A stretch of DNA of 64,000 nt from a virus. Taxonomy: Duplodnaviria; Caudoviricetes. Shown here one piece after another: positions 9,717 through 18,220 of this stretch; position 1 is the first letter of the stretch, and each line of letters begins with the position of its first letter. The notes under the pieces were generated by a model. It searched no databases. It saw nothing but the letters and a program-made list of their open reading frames with translations, and was not told the origin of the DNA. The stretch lies in the IMG/VR virus record IMGVR_UViG_2721755587_000002, one strand, 5' to 3'. The translations under genes and the position numbers were made by a program.

Positions 9717-11461
9717 CACGCGGCCTCCCGCACAGTGCCCACCTCGTGGTCGGCGATCCAGAACGACGTGATTGACTCGGGCAGTGCCCCCGGGGGCGAT
9801 TTGAGGCTCATGAAGATCAGCGCGGTGTCGATCGCGTCGGCGGTGGCCAGGTCGTCGAGCCAGTAGAGCAAGCGATCGCGCTCCGGCCCGATCAACACGT
9901 CCGCGCGGTCCAACACCAGCAGACGCAGGCCAGTCAGGCGCGAGATGGCCTCGGCGATCATCGCGTCGGCACGCCACTTCTCGGATTCGGACAGCAGCGC
10001 ATACGGGCGCCCGCAGGTGGCGGTGATGCTCATGTCCTTCTCGATGCCGATGCGCATCCATTCGGATTCATTCGCGGCGGCAGCCAGGCGCTCGTTGATG
10101 GGGTCCAGCGCCTCGGACAGCAGATCGGCGGGGATGCCGCTTGGACCAAGGGCTTCGGCGAGCGCGTCCCATGCGGCCACGTCGGCGTGGTGTTGGCCGG
10201 CCCGCTTGGTGATCTCACCGGCCTGGGCGGCTGCGCGCTGCGAAGCGCGGGCGGCGTCCAGATCCTTGCCGAACTGGGTGATGCTGCATTGGATGGCTTC
10301 CAGCCGGCTCGCGATGGTCTGGCGCTCAACGTCGTCGGCGCTGTCGGTGGCCTCGCTCTTGGCCTCATCCAGCAGGAGGGCCAACTGCTTCGCCGCGGTG
10401 TCGGCTGCGTCGCGCTCGGCGGTGCGGCTCTTCAGCGCGTTTTCCAGCACGGTCAGGCTGCGCTCGTATTCCGGCAGGCGGCCGGCGGCTTCCGGATCGA
10501 CCTTTGCCGGCTCGTACTTGGCGAGCTGGCCAGCCAGGAAGAGCAGGGCGGCGCCGCAGTCGGGGCAGGCGCAGGGCATTCCCGCGACCTTGCCGCCGGC
10601 GGCGGCCCGCAGTGCTTCGACCTTCGGCAGGAAGGCGTCGCGCTCGGCCAGCGCGCGGGCGGCGGTGTCCTGTGCCTTGGGCAGCAGCTCGGCTTTGGCG
10701 CGCAGTTCGGCGATCTGGCTGGTGCGCTGCGCGCGCTGGCGCGCCGAGGCGTCGATATCGCCCAGCTGGCGCTGCAGCTCGCCGGCCTCTGTGGACAGAA
10801 CCTTGATGGTGTCCTCGGACTCGGCGATCAGGCTGGCGAGTTCCTCGGGGTCCTCGGCGCCGGCGGGCAGCGGGGCGACCCAGTTGGCGGCCTTGACGCT
10901 GCCATAGGTCTCGCCGGTCAGCTCGCGCCAGGCGCCCTTCGCCGCGGTGGCCTTGCCGCCGGCTTCCTTCGCGGCGGCGTCGAAGCCGGCGCGCACCAGC
11001 GGCAGCACGGCTTCGATCTTCTTGGCGTCGCATTTGCGCGCCAGCAGGCGCTCGCGCACCAGGTCGGTACCGAGCTTGAGCCCCATCAGGTCGAACAGGA
11101 ACGAACGACGCTCTTTCACGTCCATGCGGGCGAAGCGCTGGGCGTCCAGCACGAACGGCGTGCGCGCGTCGGTGGGGATGGCCTTGGTGGCCTTGCCGGA
11201 CGGCAGCACGATGCTGTTGGACTGCGGACCAACGGATACCACTATAGAACCGGATTCGGTGCCGGTGCGCAGCAGTTGGCCGTATTCCTTCTTGAGCCCG
11301 ACGCGCACGGTTTCCTCGGTGAGCGCCATGCGGACGGCTTCTTGGATCGAGCTTTTGCCCGCGCCGTTCGGACCACAGACGAGACTGATGGGCGTGGCCG
11401 GGATGATGTCGGCCGCCCGGATGCCGAGGAAATTGCGGACGTGGATGCCGGTGAGTTGCAT
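9716..11461 (-). CDS. SbcC/Rad50-like ABC ATPase
   Basis: Walker A GPNGAGKS, coiled coils around a central CPDC hook, signature LSESEK, Walker B LLVLD. Confidence 0.88.
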   Translation of the reverse strand: MQLTGIHVRNFLGIRAADIIPATPISLVCGPNGAGKSSIQEAVRMALTEETVRVGLKKEYGQLLRTGTESGSIVVSVGPQSNSIVLPSGKATKAIPTDARTPFVLDAQRFARMDVKERRSFLFDLMGLKLGTDLVRERLLARKCDAKKIEAVLPLVRAGFDAAAKEAGGKATAAKGAWRELTGETYGSVKAANWVAPLPAGAEDPEELASLIAESEDTIKVLSTEAGELQRQLGDIDASARQRAQRTSQIAELRAKAELLPKAQDTAARALAERDAFLPKVEALRAAAGGKVAGMPCACPDCGAALLFLAGQLAKYEPAKVDPEAAGRLPEYERSLTVLENALKSRTAERDAADTAAKQLALLLDEAKSEATDSADDVERQTIASRLEAIQCSITQFGKDLDAARASQRAAAQAGEITKRAGQHHADVAAWDALAEALGPSGIPADLLSEALDPINERLAAAANESEWMRIGIEKDMSITATCGRPYALLSESEKWRADAMIAEAISRLTGLRLLVLDRADVLIGPERDRLLYWLDDLATADAIDTALIFMSLKSPPGALPESITSFWIADHEVGTVREAA

Positions 11462-11467
11462 GATGGC

Positions 11468-12355
11468 TTACTCCGTTTCTTCGGTGCTCTTGAGCACGTT
11501 GCGGTTGCCTTCGAGATCCACCGAGCTGACGACGCCGTCGGCTTCCATCTGCTCGATCAGGCGCGCGGCGCGGTTGTAGCCGATCTTGAAATGGCGCTGT
11601 ACCAGGGAGACGGACACGCGTTGCTTCTCGACGACGAGGGCGACGACCTGGTCGTACAGCGGGTCGGCGCCTGCCTGCTCTTCGTGCCAGCGCTTCCAGC
11701 CCTTGACCCAGGCGATGCACAGCGATCCGGCCAGCTTCGGGCAGTCGCTTTCGGGCTTGCCCTCGCTGGCGGCCTTGTGGCCGGCCTCGTGCGCGGCTTC
11801 GAGTTCTTCCTGCAGGGGCTGCTGCTCGATGACCAGCGGCGTTTCGGTGTACTCGGCGTCGACCACGTTGTCGTCGTCGGCAGCAGCGTCGCCGGCGGGC
11901 ATGCCGTCGCCATCGCCGTCGGTGTATTCCTTGCCGAGGTCGAACGCGCGCTGATCGGCCTCGCCACGGACCTCCTCCATGCCGGTGGTGAATTCCTCGT
12001 CGCCGCTCAGGACCAGCATCACGGCTTGACCCTCGGCATCTACCAGGCCGTGGAGATTCGGCGCCGATTTGCCGATCTTGATCGTTGCCTGCGCGCCGCC
12101 TTTAAAGGTCACCTTGTCCAGGTCGCCCACCACGACGGTGCGGCCGTTGCTGGCGATGAGGTGAACGGCCATCTTCACCGACGAGTCGACGCGGTTGCGC
12201 AGGCGATCGAGGATGTCGTCTTGCTTCTTCTGCGACAGCTTCACCCAGGTGTCGGGCATCATCTTCAGTTCCAACACGAGAGCGGACAGCAGATCCTTGC
12301 CCAGCGTGCCGGCGGTCATGTTCAGGGTGTTCTTGAATTCAGGCGATTGGTTCAT
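11468..12355 (-). CDS. Protein with an RMF-like segment and a C-terminal FtsK gamma DNA-binding domain
   Basis: DPLYDQVV...[30 protein letters not shown] (FtsK gamma); [22 protein letters not shown]...WVKGW (RMF-like). Confidence 0.8.
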   Translation of the reverse strand: MNQSPEFKNTLNMTAGTLGKDLLSALVLELKMMPDTWVKLSQKKQDDILDRLRNRVDSSVKMAVHLIASNGRTVVVGDLDKVTFKGGAQATIKIGKSAPNLHGLVDAEGQAVMLVLSGDEEFTTGMEEVRGEADQRAFDLGKEYTDGDGDGMPAGDAAADDDNVVDAEYTETPLVIEQQPLQEELEAAHEAGHKAASEGKPESDCPKLAGSLCIAWVKGWKRWHEEQAGADPLYDQVVALVVEKQRVSVSLVQRHFKIGYNRAARLIEQMEADGVVSSVDLEGNRNVLKSTEETE

Positions 12356-12381
12356 CTCTGTGTCCTGTCAGGTGTTGGGGT

Positions 12382-12459
12382 GGGGTACTCGCTGCTTCCG
12401 CCGGCCTTGCTGCGCCGCCTTCCGGTCGACGGCAGACTCCGTGGCATCCGCTTTCCCCC
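12382..12459 (-). ncRNA. Putative structured RNA hairpin with a loop-E/S-turn-like internal loop
   Basis: Minus strand reads GGG-GAAA-GC-GGA-UGC...UCUGCCG/CGGCGGA...GCA-GC-GAGUA-CCC. Confidence 0.45.
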
Positions 12460-12467
12460 GTGATCGT

Positions 12468-13643
12468 TCAGTCCGCGTTGATCGGCGCACGGGCGCGGCG
12501 GGCGGGCTGGGCCGCGGCGGCGGGCTCATCGGGCGGCGCCAGTTCGCGCATACGGCGCGCTGCGACCGAGTTCAGCGTGGCCTTGGCCTTCTCGTCGGGG
12601 ATCTGCTTGATGAGGCTGCGCGCGTAATCCAGGTCCTCGATGGTGTTGGCGCTCAGCAGCTCGCGGTTCACGTCCTGGAAGGAGAGGGCGGGCTCGTCGC
12701 CGGCGGCGTCGGGGTGGCCGTCCTGCTGCCCATGGTCCAGCGGCAGTTCGCCTTCGGTCGCCTGGTCGGCGCTGGCTTCCGGTTCCACTTCCACAGAAGA
12801 GGCGCTGGCCGCAGGCTCTGACGTCCGCTCGACGACCTCGGCGCGCTGGGCGGGCTGGGCGCGCGGACTTCCTCGCAGCTCATCCACCGAGGTGCTGGCC
12901 ACCGTGTACGAGCCGTCCGGGTTGAGGTCGATGATGTCCTGCGCTTCCTCGACGGATTGCAGGCCCATCAGCAGCTCGGGCGCATACAGCTTCCCGAAGA
13001 AGCTGGCGGTGCGGTAGCGCAGCATGACCTCGTCCATGGTCTGCCACTTGCTGCCGTTCTTCGTGTACCAGCCTTCCTTGACGGCCATCTCGATGGTGAC
13101 CGGCGGCGATTCCAGGCGCTCTTTGGTCTCTTTCTCGATCGCCCAGGCCACGGCAACCTTGTCGATGATCTCGACCTTCTTCGTGACGGTGCTGCGGTCG
13201 CCGTTCTGCCAGACGGTCTCGATGCGCTCGACGGTCTTCTTGCCCAGCACCTGGATGTCGAAGCGCAGCGGCGAGAAGCGGCCGCAACCGTTCACGGCGG
13301 CGATGATCCACTGCGACGACCAGGACGGACGGCCCTCGACGATGTAGAGGTTCTGCATCACCATGAGCGGATCGGCCCCCATGCGCTGCGCCATGTTGAG
13401 CGCCACGACGCTGTTTGCCAGCGCATTGGGGTTCTCGCGTGATTCCTTCACGTTGCCGTACTTGTCGAGCTTCTCGATCACCTTGCGGTAGGCCGCCGGC
13501 ACCAGGGTGGACGATGACAGCAGGTTGGCGGCGCGCTGCATCAGCTCGAAGGATTGCGACGAGCCAAAGCCCATCGACACGTTGAGGGCGGGTTCGCGTA
13601 CGACGGGCGCGCGCATTTGGTCGAGAGTGGCGGATGCGGACAT
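12468..13643 (-). CDS. recT: RecT-like single-strand annealing protein
   Basis: AQRMGADPLMVMQNLYIVEGRPSW, KWQTMDEVMLRYR; adjacent to an exonuclease. Confidence 0.75.
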   Translation of the reverse strand: MSASATLDQMRAPVVREPALNVSMGFGSSQSFELMQRAANLLSSSTLVPAAYRKVIEKLDKYGNVKESRENPNALANSVVALNMAQRMGADPLMVMQNLYIVEGRPSWSSQWIIAAVNGCGRFSPLRFDIQVLGKKTVERIETVWQNGDRSTVTKKVEIIDKVAVAWAIEKETKERLESPPVTIEMAVKEGWYTKNGSKWQTMDEVMLRYRTASFFGKLYAPELLMGLQSVEEAQDIIDLNPDGSYTVASTSVDELRGSPRAQPAQRAEVVERTSEPAASASSVEVEPEASADQATEGELPLDHGQQDGHPDAAGDEPALSFQDVNRELLSANTIEDLDYARSLIKQIPDEKAKATLNSVAARRMRELAPPDEPAAAAQPARRARAPINAD

Positions 13644-13678
13644 GTTGGTGGTCTCGGTCAGGATTCAGGAATTGGGGG

Positions 13679-14473
13679 TCAGGACTTGTAGTGGCAGGTG
13701 GCGTGCCGCGGGCAGTACTTCGCCGAGCACAGGACGGATTTGCCGTTGCCGTAGAAGGCGCCGGAATGGATCAATCGTGATGCGTGTTGCAGCAGACCGG
13801 GCTGCTCTTCGGTGCCCAGCAGCATGGCGCGCGGCGATTCGATCTCGCCCATCCCCACGCGCTGTGCGGCCGCCGTCTTGCCGGTGTTCAGGCCGATGAT
13901 CTGCGCCGGCGCGGTGATGGGAATGCCGACCGCATGCTCGGCCAGCAACTCGTAGACGCCCAGTTGTGGGCCGTGGCCGGCAGTGACGGCGATGCCGTCG
14001 GCACCCACTGCGCGTCCGCCCGATTTCAGGTCGGAGATGCCCGCGCCGGCGGCGGTGGTGCGCACGCGGTCGGTGGTGCCGGTCAGCGCGATGCCCAGTT
14101 CGGGGATCTCCAAGCGCTCGCAAGGGACCTCGACGCCGATGTAGCGCTGACGCGGCGCGATCTCGGCGCAATAGCGGGTGTGCAGCGCCAGCCCGATGCG
14201 TTCGGCATCGGCCGGGTTGACGTCTTCCCAGTCCACCTCGGCGTTCTTGTCTCGCAGCGTGGAAACCATTGCGCTGGCGGCGTCGTCGGCGGTGATCGGT
14301 GCGCCGTCCAGTTCGGCCTGGTCGAACGCGGCCGTGCCGGCATGGATGGACGTGCCCAGGTGGGCGGCGGGACCGGAAGGCATGCGCATGCCCAGGAGGT
14401 GCTTGGCCTCCCAGCGCGCGGGGCAATCAAACAACTCGGCCAGCGAGCTGGCGCGGATGGTGACAATGTTCAT
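13679..14473 (-). CDS. PD-(D/E)XK exonuclease (RecB/Cas4-like with Fe-S-type cysteines)
   Basis: IRASSL..LFDCP, GTSIH, GTTD..ISDLKS, QLGVY and three C-terminal Cys. Confidence 0.88.
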   Translation of the reverse strand: MNIVTIRASSLAELFDCPARWEAKHLLGMRMPSGPAAHLGTSIHAGTAAFDQAELDGAPITADDAASAMVSTLRDKNAEVDWEDVNPADAERIGLALHTRYCAEIAPRQRYIGVEVPCERLEIPELGIALTGTTDRVRTTAAGAGISDLKSGGRAVGADGIAVTAGHGPQLGVYELLAEHAVGIPITAPAQIIGLNTGKTAAAQRVGMGEIESPRAMLLGTEEQPGLLQHASRLIHSGAFYGNGKSVLCSAKYCPRHATCHYKS

Positions 14474-14604
14474 TGCTGCGGCTCCTTGATGAAGTCGATT
14501 GCGATGCAGATGGCATCGACCGGGTTGGTGGCGAGCACGGTCAGATCGAGGCCGGCGCCGTGCACCTGATAGCTGCGGCCTGGCACGATGGGGCGGGCGA
14601 TCAT
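14470..14604 (-). CDS. Small hypothetical protein
   Basis: MIARPIVPGRSYQV...; coupled to both neighbours. Confidence 0.6.
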   Translation of the reverse strand: MIARPIVPGRSYQVHGAGLDLTVLATNPVDAICIAIDFIKEPQQ

Positions 14605-14765
14605 GTGAGCTTCCGGTGGGCGGTGGGCTTGATGGGGCTGCTCTTGGCCTGGGCCGCGTCGTAGACGCAGAACAGGGCGGCCATGGCCACGGTGGTGCCG
14701 ATCCAGAGGGCGAGCAGTTGGGCCACCGGGTGGCGTGCTAGCTTGCGCAGGCGGGTGGTGTTCAC
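14601..14765 (-). CDS. 54-aa TM microprotein (not in ORF track)
   Basis: MNTTRLRKLARHPVAQLLALWIGTTVAMAALFCVY...; GTGA/ATGA overlaps. Confidence 0.6.
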   Translation of the reverse strand: MNTTRLRKLARHPVAQLLALWIGTTVAMAALFCVYDAAQAKSSPIKPTAHRKLT

Positions 14766-14992
14766 GCCGCCCTCGCCACGTGTTGTTCTGCGCTCTCGGC
14801 TTCAGCCAGCAGTTGCTCGGCATAGCCCAGGACTCGCCACTTGTCGATCTGGCCCCAAACCGTGCGGCGCTGTGCCGCGGCGATGTAGTTGCGCAGCAGG
14901 ACCTTGCGCGTCAGCTGCCCGCCCAGGTGCTTGAGGAACGCCAGTTCGGCGGTGGTGCCGTAGGCGTTGGGGGATTCGGTGGTGGTGCTCAT
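14762..14992 (-). CDS. Hypothetical phage protein
   Basis: AGGAG SD; coupled. Confidence 0.7.
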   Translation of the reverse strand: MSTTTESPNAYGTTAELAFLKHLGGQLTRKVLLRNYIAAAQRRTVWGQIDKWRVLGYAEQLLAEAESAEQHVARAA

Positions 14993-15345
14993 GCCACGCT
15001 CCTAGCAGCATCAATCACGTCACACAGGTCCTGCTCGGCGTACGACTGCTGGATGGCGGCCCGTGCCTCGGCGCGCTCTTCCGCGATCGACTCGGCGGCC
15101 TGTTCTTCCAGGTGCGCGACGAAGTCGGGATGCAAGTTGTCCAGCATCTCGGTGGTCTCGCTGCCGTCGTCGCTGATGAGGCGCACGTCCGAGGCCACGA
15201 ACTTGGGCGTCTGGCCCAGGGCAGGGGTGGTGAGCTCGCCGGTGACCGACCAGAACAGGCCGGCGGCGGTCACCACGGCTTGCGCCTCGTCGGCGCGCAG
15301 GCGCGGCTTGCGGAAAACTCGGGCGTAGGTGCTAAGGGAGGGCAT
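14989..15345 (-). CDS. Hypothetical phage protein
   Basis: AAGGA SD; lies in the operon. Confidence 0.7.
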   Translation of the reverse strand: MPSLSTYARVFRKPRLRADEAQAVVTAAGLFWSVTGELTTPALGQTPKFVASDVRLISDDGSETTEMLDNLHPDFVAHLEEQAAESIAEERAEARAAIQQSYAEQDLCDVIDAARSVA

Positions 15346-15354
15346 GGCTGTTCC

Positions 15355-15567
15355 TTAGCCGTTGATGGCGAGGTCGAATGCCAGGCGCTCTTGCTCGTTC
15401 CAGCGCGGCTCGTGGTTTCCCTTGGGGCCAGCCTTGCGGCCACATACGCGCATGGTTTCCTCGTTGCCGCCGTATAGCCGGTCGAGGACGATGCCCATCT
15501 GCGCGGCCACGACATGGGCCCGCGGCAGATCGGCGCTGAAAATCTTGAGGGACTGGTTGGCTTGCAT
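15355..15567 (-). CDS. Hypothetical phage protein
   Basis: Lies in the operon. Confidence 0.6.
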   Translation of the reverse strand: MQANQSLKIFSADLPRAHVVAAQMGIVLDRLYGGNEETMRVCGRKAGPKGNHEPRWNEQERLAFDLAING

Positions 15568-15579
15568 CTCGATCCCCGC

Positions 15580-15891
15580 TCAGGCAGCCATCAGCTCGGC
15601 GGCGAGCTTGGCGGTGGCAATGACGCGGTCGGCCTGCTCAGCTGCGCGGCCTTCGGCGACGGCGCGCAGGCGCTTGGCCTCGGCAACCATCTCGCGGGCT
15701 TCGTCGGCTTCGATCTTGGAAATGCCGTTGTGCGGCACGAAGGCATAAAACTGCTCGCCGCGCACCAGGACATAGGCGTCCGGCGCAAAGTCGCCCGGGG
15801 TCGGGATCTTGGCGATGACGGTCAGGCCGGCCAGGAACCCCACCTTGACCTGTTGACCCACTTCCCACGACTGCTTGGCTTGCTTGCGCAT
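15580..15891 (-). CDS. First gene of the leftward early operon, hypothetical
   Basis: GGAG SD, directly downstream of PL. Confidence 0.75.
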   Translation of the reverse strand: MRKQAKQSWEVGQQVKVGFLAGLTVIAKIPTPGDFAPDAYVLVRGEQFYAFVPHNGISKIEADEAREMVAEAKRLRAVAEGRAAEQADRVIATAKLAAELMAA

Positions 15892-15933
15892 CTCTGTCTC
15901 CGGCGAACCGCTGCGAACTTCAGCGGTGTATGA

Positions 15934-15962
15934 ATACTAGCGATGCTAGTCGTTATCTTCAA
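15934..15962 (-). promoter_or_regulatory. PL early promoter
   Basis: TTGAAG-17bp-TAGTAT on the minus strand, overlapped by operators; hairpin ACCGCTG/CAGCGGT at 15907-15927 just downstream. Confidence 0.75.
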
Positions 15963-16028
15963 TAGCTGTGCTAGTTTTAGGCGATTGTTTGTTTTAATAG
16001 CGGCGCTAGTTTCAATAGCTGCCGCAGT
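15936..16028. promoter_or_regulatory. OL operator array, consensus A(C/A)TAGC-N3-GCTA(G/T)T
   Basis: ACTAGCGATGCTAGT 15936-50, AATAGCTGTGCTAGT 15961-75, AATAGCGGCGCTAGT 15996-16010, degenerate copy 16014-28; same motif at OR. Confidence 0.85.
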
Positions 16029-16119
16029 TTCGTTGGGGTGCGCGACCCAAGAAAGCCGGCTCACGGTGGTCTTGTCAGGCGCCTAGCCTGGTCAGGCGCT
16101 AGCCTTGGGGGAGGGTGGA

Positions 16120-16330
16120 ATGGAACCGGACGACGTGATCCGCCAGTTCGAGCAACTGGCGCTAGATGAGGGAACGGAGCTACCGATCGACGACGCGATA
16201 GCCGGCCTGGCCGTGCTGCTGGCCGATCCGGCTATTCAGGGGGAAGGAGAGGGTGCTGCTGACGGAGGTGGGCGCGACGCTGTACCGGCTGGGGATCGAT
16301 GCGCGGGTGGGGGCGGCACTAGGTTTGTGA
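16120..16330 (+). pseudogene. Small helical protein gene, apparently frameshifted in a G5 run
   Basis: Removing one G at 16239-43 gives ...IQGKERVLLTEVGATLYRLGIDARVGAALGL*. Confidence 0.5.
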
Positions 16331-16422
16331 TGCACACGTTACGATTTCGTAACTAGTCGGCGCGGGGGATCGGGATAGAGTGAACCGTATAGGTCCTCAC
16401 ACGTGGGCTATAGGAGATCGAG

Positions 16423-16926
16423 ATGCGGAAGATCAAGGTGTTTGCCAGCTTGGCGCTGGCAGCGTGTACTCTCACTTCGATTGCGGGCTATGCCCAAGAC
16501 AGGGGGCCGGGCGGTGATGATCGCGGTAGGCCGCCCATGGGGCACGATCAGGGGCGGGAACACGATAACCAGCACGGCTACAACGACCGTGGCCGGGATG
16601 GTGACCATAGCCGCGAGGGCGACCGCGGCCGCGACGATGACCACCGCCAGCAAGGTGACAGAGGTTGGGAAGGTGACAGGGGTAGGGAACAGATGGGCGG
16701 ATGGGACAGTCCTGACCGTCGCGCCGATCGCCCGGGCCCTGGCAGCTGGCATAGGGGTGAAAGGGTCCCCCCGGAATACCGTCAGCGTCAGTACGTGATT
16801 GATGACTGGCGCGCCTATCGACTGTCGCCCCCGCCGCGTGGCTACCAATGGGTGGGTGTCGGCGGAGGTTACTTCTTGGTCGCCATTCCGACCGGCGTGG
16901 TCTTCCAGGTGGTCATCGGGCGCTAG
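16423..16926 (+). CDS. rcnB: RcnB-family periplasmic protein
   Basis: Signal peptide, G/D/R-rich linker, WHRGERVPPEYR..YVIDDWRAYRLSPPPRGYQWV..GGGYFLVAIPTGVV. Confidence 0.88.
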   Translation: MRKIKVFASLALAACTLTSIAGYAQDRGPGGDDRGRPPMGHDQGREHDNQHGYNDRGRDGDHSREGDRGRDDDHRQQGDRGWEGDRGREQMGGWDSPDRRADRPGPGSWHRGERVPPEYRQRQYVIDDWRAYRLSPPPRGYQWVGVGGGYFLVAIPTGVVFQVVIGR

Positions 16927-16938
16927 GTTGCGGACAAC

Positions 16939-16963
16939 AAAAAGCCCGCCGGTTGGCGGGCTT
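16939..16963 (-). terminator. Intrinsic terminator, possibly bidirectional
   Basis: AAGCCCGCC-GGTT-GGCGGGCTT with an A-run on the left. Confidence 0.75.
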
Positions 16964-16984
16964 CGATGAATTGACGACAAGCCC

Positions 16985-17131
16985 TTAGTGCCAATGAATC
17001 AGGTGGTCAAACCAGGTCTGGACGGCACGCTGTTGGGTCGACAGTAGGGTCGGATCGTGCTCGCGGAGCACCCAGACAACGATCGCGCATAGCGCTAATC
17101 CGACGAGCAGGACGACAAGCGAGGCAACCAT
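16985..17131 (-). CDS. 48-aa single-TM microprotein (not in ORF track)
   Basis: AGGAGG SD, TATAGT -10 at 17151-56; MVASLVVLLVGLALCAIVVWVLREHDPTLLSTQQRAVQTWFDHLIHWH. Confidence 0.75.
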   Translation of the reverse strand: MVASLVVLLVGLALCAIVVWVLREHDPTLLSTQQRAVQTWFDHLIHWH

Positions 17132-17196
17132 GGCGGCCTCCTATTGGGTGACTATACAACCAGTGTAGGTCGCTTCCGTCGTGCGCGAGGGGCAAC

Positions 17197-17218
17197 AAAA
17201 AACCCGCCGAAGCGGGCT
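17197..17218 (-). terminator. Intrinsic terminator ending the cI-downstream cluster
   Basis: CCCGC-CGAA-GCGGG preceded by A6. Confidence 0.75.
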
Positions 17219-17239
17219 TATGTGTCTATGGCAGGCGCT

Positions 17240-17572
17240 CTAGTGGATGTTCTTGGTCAGGAAATACACGGCTGCAACCAAGGCGGTGCCGAAGGAACAG
17301 GTGAACGTCACCAGTTTCCAAGTTTGCTCGTTGAGGGCCTTATGTATTTCGGCGCGCATCGCCCCAACCTCTGCACGCAACGTTCCAACCGCTTCCGAGA
17401 GGTCGGCCTTGGTTACGTAGTTTGAGTGTATGACCGCCACGTCTTGCTGCAACGTGACAATGGTGCTCTCGAGTGTTTTTACACGTGCTTCCATCTCGCC
17501 ATTATAGGGAGGTTCTCCGCCGGAGGGCGGCTCGTAATTTCCGTCAACGGGTACCAGGCGACGCTCAGCCAT
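17240..17572 (-). CDS. Coiled-coil protein with a C-terminal TM anchor
   Basis: MEARVKTLE..SNYVTKADL heptads; hydrophobic C-terminus. Confidence 0.75.
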   Translation of the reverse strand: MAERRLVPVDGNYEPPSGGEPPYNGEMEARVKTLESTIVTLQQDVAVIHSNYVTKADLSEAVGTLRAEVGAMRAEIHKALNEQTWKLVTFTCSFGTALVAAVYFLTKNIH

Positions 17573-17810
17573 TCAGCACCTCGTCGTCAAACAGTTCAAG
17601 ATAGCCGCAAATCTGGCAGCGGTGGACGGAGACGGTATAGATTCGACCCGAGGCGAACGAGGCAGAGAGCGCTCGATTGACCGGGCTTCCAGCCGTTAGT
17701 GGAGCGATGGTCACTCCAGCCAGGCCCCATCGATGATCCGACGGGATTTGCTCAATCTGGCTCAGCGGGCCGTGCCCGTACCGACATGTCGGCGAGAATT
17801 TTTCGGACAT
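17565..17810 (-). CDS. Zn-ribbon-like small protein
   Basis: CRYGH...CQICGYLELF; overlaps the next gene by 8 nt. Confidence 0.7.
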   Translation of the reverse strand: MSEKFSPTCRYGHGPLSQIEQIPSDHRWGLAGVTIAPLTAGSPVNRALSASFASGRIYTVSVHRCQICGYLELFDDEVLNG

Positions 17811-17870
17811 TGTGTTCCTGTTGGTCAATCTGGCCGCCAGGCCGAGGGCTTATTCGGGCGCGACGAGAGC

Positions 17871-18155
17871 CTACGCCTTCGGCGCGGCCACACATTTGAA
17901 TGTCAGTTCCGACTCAAGTGGAGTCCATCCGCGAGCGCCGTGGGTCTTCATGTCGACGGACTCCATCTCCTTGCCCTGGCCCTTGCAGTACTCGTCGGCG
18001 CGACGCAGGCTGCTGGCCATAATTTCCTGCCACGAGTCCACACCGCCCATGTGGCGGGTGCCAACTGTGAAATTGCCGTTCCCGGCAGGGCTAACCTCTG
18101 AAACTGTGGTGCAGCCTGCAAGAAGCGCGACAAATGCGAGTGCGACTATGCGCAT
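17871..18155 (-). CDS. Lipoprotein
   Basis: Lipobox LLAGC plus two further Cys. Confidence 0.8.
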   Translation of the reverse strand: MRIVALAFVALLAGCTTVSEVSPAGNGNFTVGTRHMGGVDSWQEIMASSLRRADEYCKGQGKEMESVDMKTHGARGWTPLESELTFKCVAAPKA

Positions 18156-18220
18156 AAATCTTTCCCGTTAGTAGTTCTTTGCGTGGCCGGCCCGCCCACG
18201 CGCGGCTTCCCCGGTCAAGG

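Noticed and set aside
5252-12463. Long plus-strand ORFs (5252-6784, 9945-10907, 10187-12463)
   Set aside because: Antisense shadows of well-supported minus-strand genes, expected in high-GC DNA; no recognisable motifs.
13679-14473. Cas4-like nuclease as a sign of CRISPR-Cas
   Set aside because: No repeat-spacer array or other cas genes seen; its position next to RecT indicates a recombination exonuclease.
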